NCBI RefSeq assembly: GCF_000341395.1
Contig: NC_020304.1
Location: 1,050,001-1,082,000 of the forward strand
Direction of reading: 5' to 3'
DNA: 32,000 bases
Source: Desulfocapsa sulfexigens DSM 10523
GTDB lineage: Bacteria; Desulfobacterota; Desulfobulbia; Desulfobulbales; Desulfocapsaceae
Shown: positions 25,917 to 32,000 of the stretch, piece after piece
How the letters are laid out: each line of letters starts with the position of its first letter
Position numbering within the stretch: position 1 is the stretch's first letter
Translations under genes and position numbers: made by a program
Notes under the pieces: model-generated
Seen by the model: the letters and a program-made list of their open reading frames with translations, nothing else
Database searches by the model: none
What the model was told of the DNA's origin: nothing

Positions 25917-26933
25917 ATGATGAAAAAATTATTTCTTGTTCTAACTGTAATATGCTCGCTTATTTCACCGCTATGGAGTCTGGCTGCAAATGAAAGCAGT
26001 GGCACAATTACCATGGACTTTGACCTTTCCAAACACGATGTGAACGAAGAGGCTCAGCTGTGGATTCCCTATCCGCTCTCGGATCGTGATCAGATCATCT
26101 CCCAAATACAAATCAGTGGGGATTATGCCGAATCGGCAGTGTACAGTGACCAGACCTATTCAACCCCCATCCTCTATGCCCGCTGGAACAAGGGAGCCAC
26201 GAGTAGAAAACTGAGTTTATCCTTTCATGTTGTGCGTCAGGAGGTAATTCGCCGTGATTTTCCAGAAAAAGAAACGCTTTGGGATCCCGCTGACTATGCC
26301 CCCTACCTTGCTGCCACAAGCCTTGGACCGATTGATGGAGAGGTTAAAATCCTGGCCGACCAGATCACCGATGGAAAAACAACGGTTCTAGAGAAAGCCA
26401 GAGCAATATATGACTGGATCTGTGACAACATGTATCGTGATCCCGCCACAAAAGGATGTGGCCCTGGAGATGTCTGTCTCCTTCTTGAACGGCCAGGAGG
26501 AAAATGCACCGACATTCACTCTGTCTTTGTTTCACTGAGTCGTGCCGCCGGTGTTCCCGCACGGGAAGTTTTTGGTATTCGACAGGGAAAAAAAGCGGAA
26601 CAGGATATAAGCAGCTGGCAACACTGCTGGGCTGAATTTTATCTCCCCGGTTACGGTTGGGTCCCCGTAGATCCCGCCGACGTCCGGAAAATGATGCTTA
26701 CACAAACACTTGAGCCCGGTGACAGCAAAACCAAATACTACCGTGACTACTTCTGGGGTGGCTGGGATCAGTATAGAGTGAAACTTGCAATGGGACGTGA
26801 CCTGCAGCTGAACCCGCCGCAACATGGTATTCCGCTGAATACTTTTGGGTATCCCTTTGCCCAGATCGGTACCAGAACCCTTGACTGGCTTGATGCCGAA
26901 AATTTTCAATACCGTTTCACCTTCAATCAGTAA
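25917..26933 (+). CDS. exported transglutaminase-like domain protein
   Basis: Signal peptide; GGKCTDIHSVFVSLSRAAGVPAREVFGIR...QHCWAEFYLPGYGWVPVDPADV carries the Cys-His-Asp transglutaminase signature. Confidence 0.9.
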   Translation: MMKKLFLVLTVICSLISPLWSLAANESSGTITMDFDLSKHDVNEEAQLWIPYPLSDRDQIISQIQISGDYAESAVYSDQTYSTPILYARWNKGATSRKLSLSFHVVRQEVIRRDFPEKETLWDPADYAPYLAATSLGPIDGEVKILADQITDGKTTVLEKARAIYDWICDNMYRDPATKGCGPGDVCLLLERPGGKCTDIHSVFVSLSRAAGVPAREVFGIRQGKKAEQDISSWQHCWAEFYLPGYGWVPVDPADVRKMMLTQTLEPGDSKTKYYRDYFWGGWDQYRVKLAMGRDLQLNPPQHGIPLNTFGYPFAQIGTRTLDWLDAENFQYRFTFNQ

Positions 26934-27007
26934 ACCTTTCCAGGGATTTTCCGGCCAACAGATACGCATGCCACCGGAAGATCCCTGGCATCAGCCACCA
27001 CGATAGA

Positions 27008-28393
27008 CTAATTTCGAATTACCAGCATCTGTTCCCATTTACCATTGTGATAACGCCAGGAAATCAGCAAACAGAGGATTCCAATAAAAAAAACGACACA
27101 GCCCCAGGCAGCATATATTCCCATCCCCCAATAGGTAATGCCGACAAAGAGAGGAATAAGCATACAGCTGAGTGTGGCCGCGGAAATTGCCAAAAGAAGA
27201 AAACGGGTATCTCCTGCTCCTTTCAAAACTGCGGCAAATATCATATAAAAGACATCAAGCAGAATATAAACTGTAACAAACCGTAAAATGATTGATCCCA
27301 CCCGCAATATTTCCTCATAACTGCCCCCCATCGTCCCTTTTTTCATAAAAAATGAAATTATAGTTTCCGGTGCACATAGAAAGAGGACGCCTAGTGACAT
27401 GGTATAGAGCATCAGCAGATGAATACCACTCCATGCAGCAGCCCTGGCCTCCTCCGGCCTGCCTTTTCCCAGAGCCTGACCGGTCATGCTGCTTATGCCA
27501 AAAGAAAAACCGAGAGCGGGCATAAAGGCAAGTGAACTGATCGATATCACAATATTTGAAGCAGCAAGGGGTACGATTCCCATACGCCCGACAATAAGAA
27601 TAAAAAAAGTGAAAGCGAAAATATCAAGACTGAACTGTAGGGCACCTGGAACCCCGTATTTAAACAGTTTTCCCATAATATCTCGATCCAGGGCTATGGT
27701 CTCGAGCAACTTGAACTCTAAAATAAAATACCTCGAAAAAATTGGAGGTGCCAGACACAGTACCACCACTCCCCAGGAAACAACAGTAGCGATGGCAGCC
27801 CCGCGTATGCCTAGTTCCGGCATGCCCCAGATGCCATTAATCAGCGCGTAATTCAGCGGAATATTGACCACCATGCCGATAATGTTTGCACTCATCACCG
27901 GTCGTGTCATTCCTCTACCGGTGAAAAAACCAGACAGAGCCTGGATAGCCACATGAAGCATGCCTCCCTGACAAAGAATCGTAAAATATTGAATTTCGAG
28001 CACCCGGATTTCTGGATTGTGACCGACGAGGATAAAAAGAGGAGTGGAGACAAAACAGGCTATCAGCAGAAGTATCACCCCGGAGAGAAGGGTAAAGAAA
28101 ATTCCCTGCCACAGTGTGATCCCTATTTTTTCCGGCATACCTGCACCGTGATACTGGGCAATAAACACTGAAACATACCCGGCAACCCCACCCAGAAAGC
28201 AGAGAATCAGAAAAGCAGTCACCCCGGCAGGGACCACAGCTGACAGGGCATTAACACTGTAATGAGAAAGAAAAATCCTGTCGGTGAACTCCATGACCGT
28301 TGTCGCAGCCATACCTGTGACAAGAGGAACACAGACCCCTGACACTGCACGATACCTGCTTTTTTTTCGCCACTTCTGCCACTGTTTGAACAT
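27008..28393 (-). CDS. MATE-family efflux transporter
   Basis: 12-TM-like; TVMEFTDRIFLSHYSVNALSAVVPAG...VAGYVSVFIAQYHGAG...GVPGALQFSLDIFAFTFFILIVGRMG. Confidence 0.9.
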   Translation of the reverse strand: MFKQWQKWRKKSRYRAVSGVCVPLVTGMAATTVMEFTDRIFLSHYSVNALSAVVPAGVTAFLILCFLGGVAGYVSVFIAQYHGAGMPEKIGITLWQGIFFTLLSGVILLLIACFVSTPLFILVGHNPEIRVLEIQYFTILCQGGMLHVAIQALSGFFTGRGMTRPVMSANIIGMVVNIPLNYALINGIWGMPELGIRGAAIATVVSWGVVVLCLAPPIFSRYFILEFKLLETIALDRDIMGKLFKYGVPGALQFSLDIFAFTFFILIVGRMGIVPLAASNIVISISSLAFMPALGFSFGISSMTGQALGKGRPEEARAAAWSGIHLLMLYTMSLGVLFLCAPETIISFFMKKGTMGGSYEEILRVGSIILRFVTVYILLDVFYMIFAAVLKGAGDTRFLLLAISAATLSCMLIPLFVGITYWGMGIYAAWGCVVFFIGILCLLISWRYHNGKWEQMLVIRN

Positions 28394-28576
28394 GCAAATC
28401 TCTTAAAGGTACCAGAGGGGAAAACAGGAAAAATATTTGGACATTTCGACCTAAACCTTTTATCCATTATAGTTCCAGTTGTAAACAGTACATTCTGCGA
28501 AGAGCTCAGGAGACAGGTATTATATACTCCCTTTACTCTTCAGCCTACTATTCCTTCAACCTACCATACTCTAGCC

Positions 28577-29239
28577 ATGGATACTCTTGAATGCATCAAA
28601 ACACGCAGAAGCATCAGAAAGTTCACCACAGACCCTGTTCCGAGAAAAGACCTGGAGGAGCTGATTGAAACAGCCAGGTGGAGTCCTTCCTATAAAAATT
28701 CTCAGCCCTGGCAGGCCATAATACTCTCCGGCAACAAAAAGCAGGAACTCTCCAAAATGCTCATTGGTCTGCTGGAAGAACGGAAAACCAACAGTCCAGA
28801 CCTCGTGGCCCCTACCTCCTGGCCCGAAGCGGAACAGAAAAACATCAGTCATCTTCTTGCGAAACGCATGGAACTCACGGGCATTGATCTTGGTGCTCCG
28901 GAAATGATCGTCAAAGCCAAAAAGGCCAATTTCAACTTTTACTATGCACCTCATGCCATCTATCTTTATCAGGATGGATCACTCAGCGAATGGTCACTCT
29001 TTGATATTGGTCTTTTTGCTCAAAGCCTGATGCTAGCAGCTCACGCCAAAGGACTCGCCACCGTCCCTCAGGCATTCGCCACCGATTACGCAAAGGAAGT
29101 TAAAGAATGCCTGGGTATTCCTGCCTCCAAACGATTAATCCTTGGCCTTTCAGTCGGCTATCCGGATATGGACTCACCCGTAAACGCCTATCGTACTGAG
29201 CGAGCAGACATAGAAGATTTTTACAGCTGGATGGAATAA
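28577..29239 (+). CDS. nitroreductase family protein
   Basis: MDTLECIKTRRSIRKFTTDPVPRKDLEELIETARWSPSYKNSQPWQAIIL...GLATVPQAFATDYAKEVKECLGIPASKRLILGLSVGYPD. Confidence 0.93.
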   Translation: MDTLECIKTRRSIRKFTTDPVPRKDLEELIETARWSPSYKNSQPWQAIILSGNKKQELSKMLIGLLEERKTNSPDLVAPTSWPEAEQKNISHLLAKRMELTGIDLGAPEMIVKAKKANFNFYYAPHAIYLYQDGSLSEWSLFDIGLFAQSLMLAAHAKGLATVPQAFATDYAKEVKECLGIPASKRLILGLSVGYPDMDSPVNAYRTERADIEDFYSWME

Positions 29240-29651
29240 TCCTCTCGTGGTACTTCACCCAGAACCAAGCCCGTAAGTGGAGTACCACATTACTTGCACA
29301 ATTATTATCCATATCCGCGTTTTTTTCACTCTTTCCAAACTCCCTGTTCCAAAAAAAATATTTTCCCCTCAAGAGTGCCATACCACTCAGCCTCTCTCTC
29401 ATCTGACTGTTTCAGTGAACATTTTATTGGTATTTAGCATTTTACTGGTGAGACACTGATAAACGAATGCTGAGCAGATAACGCAATTGTGTTTCTGTCC
29501 AGAAAAGTAGTCACATGGCTACAAAACTAACCATAGGGCTACTTTCCTGAACAGGTCCGACAAAATCATTACCCTCTCAACGGGAGTGACCCAAGAACAC
29601 AATCAGCTGTTATCATACTGTTTAAGAATATTAACGATTCCCAAATATGAC

Positions 29652-29667
29652 TGGCACAGCAATTGCT
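29652..29667 (+). promoter_or_regulatory. sigma-54 (RpoN) -24/-12 promoter
   Basis: TGGCAC-N5(agcaa)-TTGCT, exact match to the sigma-54 consensus, ~100 bp upstream of the CheW-domain gene. Confidence 0.72.
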
Positions 29668-29767
29668 TAACATAACTCGCTGACATGACACACAATAACC
29701 ACATAGTGGCACTGAGAGGTTCAGTGTTTAATTCAATTTTGTGTCATACTTCAAAGGAGTCTAAATT

Positions 29768-31264
29768 ATGGCAGAACAACTTTTTGCATCATTTATTCTG
29801 GATCGGGATTCAGGGCTGGAAATTGCCATTGCCGCAGAGAGCGTAACGGAAGCAACATCTCTCACTGAGAAAATCCAACCGCTTCCAGCCAGCGTTCCCT
29901 TTCTTGAAGGCATTATGCACCTTCGGGACGCGGTCATTCCCGTACTGAACCTGAAGAAAAGAATGTGCCTTGAAGGGGCATCAAAATATGACAAAGATGC
30001 AAAGATTGCCGTTGTTCTCCTGGCAAACCAGAAATTCGGATTACTCTTTGATGACATCAAAGAAGTACTGCGGGTTGATGATTCCCTCCTTCTCCCGATC
30101 CAACCTGCCTTACAATCCGAAGACTATATCATTTCCGATCTGATCACCCTGCGCGACCAGCATCGCACGCTTGAGGTTCTTGATTTAAAACGTCTTTTCC
30201 AGGACCCAACCCTCTTGACCGATGGCATCGATAGCTCGTCAGCCATACCTCAATCCACCAAAACACGAACGTATTCCAGATATGTCATATTCTCCTCAGA
30301 GGGAAGAGAATATGGTGTTCCGGTGGAAAACTCACGAGAACTCACCTTTATTACTGAAATTGACGATATGTTTAAGACCGACTGCCTCGAGGGTGCCCTG
30401 CAGTTACGTGGCCGAACAATACCGGTTATGAACGCCAGTGCGCTCTTAAACGGTGGAACTGCAGTAAAAGCCGGGGAATTAAGTCGTATTCTGGTAATGA
30501 CAACAGATGCGCTGAATTTTGGCATGATCATAGATCAAATTGTTGAAATTCTTACTGTCTGCAATGAAGAAATTCTTCAAATGCCATCTGGAGAAAATCA
30601 ATCTGTAAGCGGTATATATGAGCCAACAACCGGTCGCAATATCATTCTTCTTGATGTGGCTAATCTCGTCACCAGCCAGATGGAACTTCTTAAATCCATG
30701 GCCAGAATAAAGAGCGGTGACAACGACAACGATGTCGAAACACTCACAGTCGCAGAATCAAGACACCTCATTACTGAAAACTGCTACCTGATTTTTTCCA
30801 TCGAAAAACACTTTGCTATAGAGTTGAAGGATGTCCAGGAAATCATCGAGCATGACATACTGATGCCAATTCCAGGAGCACGCGGATTCGACTCCAGAGT
30901 ACTCAACCTCCGGGGACAGGTAATTCCGGTGGTTGATCTACGCCACTTCTACGACTATCCCGAACAAGAGGCTGCAGAGACATCCTCAAGGCTCATTATC
31001 TGTCGAGACGGCAAGCGTCTTGTTGCCCTACAGGTAGACAGCATTGTAACCATTTACAAACAGGAAGAATTCCACCCAACACCATCCCTGAAACCACAAC
31101 TGCAGCCTAAAAAAGACACCCTGGACCGGCTCATAGAATTCATCGGGGATCTCGGGGTTACAGAACATGTTCTGGTCATTAACACCCACAATCTAATCAA
31201 TAACTATCTGCACCAAAATATTACCACAGAAAACCCAATATCTAATCACCAGGAAACCAATTAA
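29768..31264 (+). CDS. triple CheW-domain protein (chemotaxis coupling/scaffold)
   Basis: Three CheW-like units: ...FLEGIMHLRDAVIPVLNLKKR..., ...CLEGALQLRGRTIPVMNASAL..., ...FDSRVLNLRGQVIPVVDLRHFY.... Confidence 0.92.
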   Translation: MAEQLFASFILDRDSGLEIAIAAESVTEATSLTEKIQPLPASVPFLEGIMHLRDAVIPVLNLKKRMCLEGASKYDKDAKIAVVLLANQKFGLLFDDIKEVLRVDDSLLLPIQPALQSEDYIISDLITLRDQHRTLEVLDLKRLFQDPTLLTDGIDSSSAIPQSTKTRTYSRYVIFSSEGREYGVPVENSRELTFITEIDDMFKTDCLEGALQLRGRTIPVMNASALLNGGTAVKAGELSRILVMTTDALNFGMIIDQIVEILTVCNEEILQMPSGENQSVSGIYEPTTGRNIILLDVANLVTSQMELLKSMARIKSGDNDNDVETLTVAESRHLITENCYLIFSIEKHFAIELKDVQEIIEHDILMPIPGARGFDSRVLNLRGQVIPVVDLRHFYDYPEQEAAETSSRLIICRDGKRLVALQVDSIVTIYKQEEFHPTPSLKPQLQPKKDTLDRLIEFIGDLGVTEHVLVINTHNLINNYLHQNITTENPISNHQETN

Positions 31265-31302
31265 ATGCTTTTTCCGTTACCAGAAACTCTACAAGGAGGA
31301 GA

Positions 31303-32000
31303 ATGATGGCCACTTCAACAGCAAATCAAACAAATACAGAAAGGGCAGGTTTTGAACTGTTAACGGATCCAAGCTATCTGGTCAATAATGACATGACCAT
31401 CACCTGGGCCAACGATGCTTTCTTAAAAGAATTTCACCTCAAGAAAACTGAAGTTATCAACAAACTGACCTGTGAAGAGGCATGCCCCTCACATCTTTGT
31501 GGGACAAAAGACTGTCCCATCGTTAAATCAAAACGCATAAAAAAAGCAGCAGAAGGAGACGTATTCTACACAAATAATGGAAGCGCTGCCAACTGGTACC
31601 ACTCCAAAGCAACCCCCATGCCAGCACAGGAGGGCACTCTGGTCTCCATGACAGATATTACCAGGGTCAAGGAGATGGAAGCAAAACTCAGGCAGATGGA
31701 AACAGACCTCAATGTCATCCCAACACCCATCATGGAGATTGATGATAAATTCACCATCACCTTTATGAATCCGGCAGGTGCGGCTGTGGCCGGAAAGATG
31801 CCGGATGAAGTGATTGGAAGCAAATGCTACGATCTCTTCAAGACACCGCATTGTAAAACTGAAAAATGCGCCTGTGCCCGCGCTATGAAAACGGACTCGG
31901 TGGTCACCGACACAACCATCGCCCGCCCCGCTGACGGAATTATTGTGCCTATAAAATACACCGGAGCACCGATAAAAGACGCCAAGGGCAATATCAAAGG
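31303..32000 (+). CDS. PAS-domain protein (likely PAS-containing sensor or methyl-accepting chemotaxis protein), 3'-truncated by window edge
   Basis: SD aaggagg then ATGATGGCC. Translation LTDPSYLVNNDMTITWANDAFLKEFHLKKTEVINKLTCEEACPSHLCGTKDCPI... and IPTPIMEIDDKFTITFMNPAGAAVAGKMPDEVIGSKCYDLFKTPHCKTEKCACARA: two PAS-like units. Confidence 0.85.
   Translation, partial: MMATSTANQTNTERAGFELLTDPSYLVNNDMTITWANDAFLKEFHLKKTEVINKLTCEEACPSHLCGTKDCPIVKSKRIKKAAEGDVFYTNNGSAANWYHSKATPMPAQEGTLVSMTDITRVKEMEAKLRQMETDLNVIPTPIMEIDDKFTITFMNPAGAAVAGKMPDEVIGSKCYDLFKTPHCKTEKCACARAMKTDSVVTDTTIARPADGIIVPIKYTGAPIKDAKGNIK

Noticed and set aside
1-32000. CRISPR array, phage or retron-like defence system
   Set aside because: No regularly spaced direct repeats, integrase, reverse transcriptase or defence-type genes found. 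The only clear dispersed repeat is the two-copy MITE-like element.

Overview
Chromosomal window from a probable Gram-negative, Deltaproteobacteria/Desulfobulbaceae-like organism (taxonomy inferred from protein character only). Genes are dense, with no tRNA, rRNA, CRISPR or prophage seen. The left third (1-10.2 kb) looks like a light/B12-photoreceptor module. It has a phytoene-dehydrogenase-like FAD enzyme, a DUF523/DUF1722 protein, glutaredoxin, a ferredoxin:thioredoxin-reductase-like protein, a DCC-family protein and a class II photolyase on +. Opposite is a coupled minus-strand operon: FKBP-methyltransferase fusion, CarH/LitR-like MerR-B12 regulator, thioesterase, outer-membrane barrel. A TIGR01777-type SDR gene is divergent from that operon. 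The intergenic region between them carries three ACA half-sites at exact 11-bp spacing over overlapping divergent promoters, which resembles a CarH operator. A ~150-bp repeat with ~26-bp terminal inverted repeats occurs twice, in opposite orientations about 13.8 kb apart (5310-5461 and 19101-19255). One copy supplies the last 9 codons and the stop of the photolyase. The rest includes a VWA protein with tandem C-terminal repeats, glpD, a nikR-nickel/cobalt ECF transporter operon, an EamA transporter, a CPA2 antiporter with a USP-like tail, an OPRTase-like gene plus a standalone RapZ C-terminal-domain gene, two tandem 64-aa membrane protein paralogs, a LysR/rhodanese/transglutaminase locus, a MATE transporter, a nitroreductase, and a sigma-54-promoter-preceded triple-CheW gene followed by a Cys-rich PAS protein.
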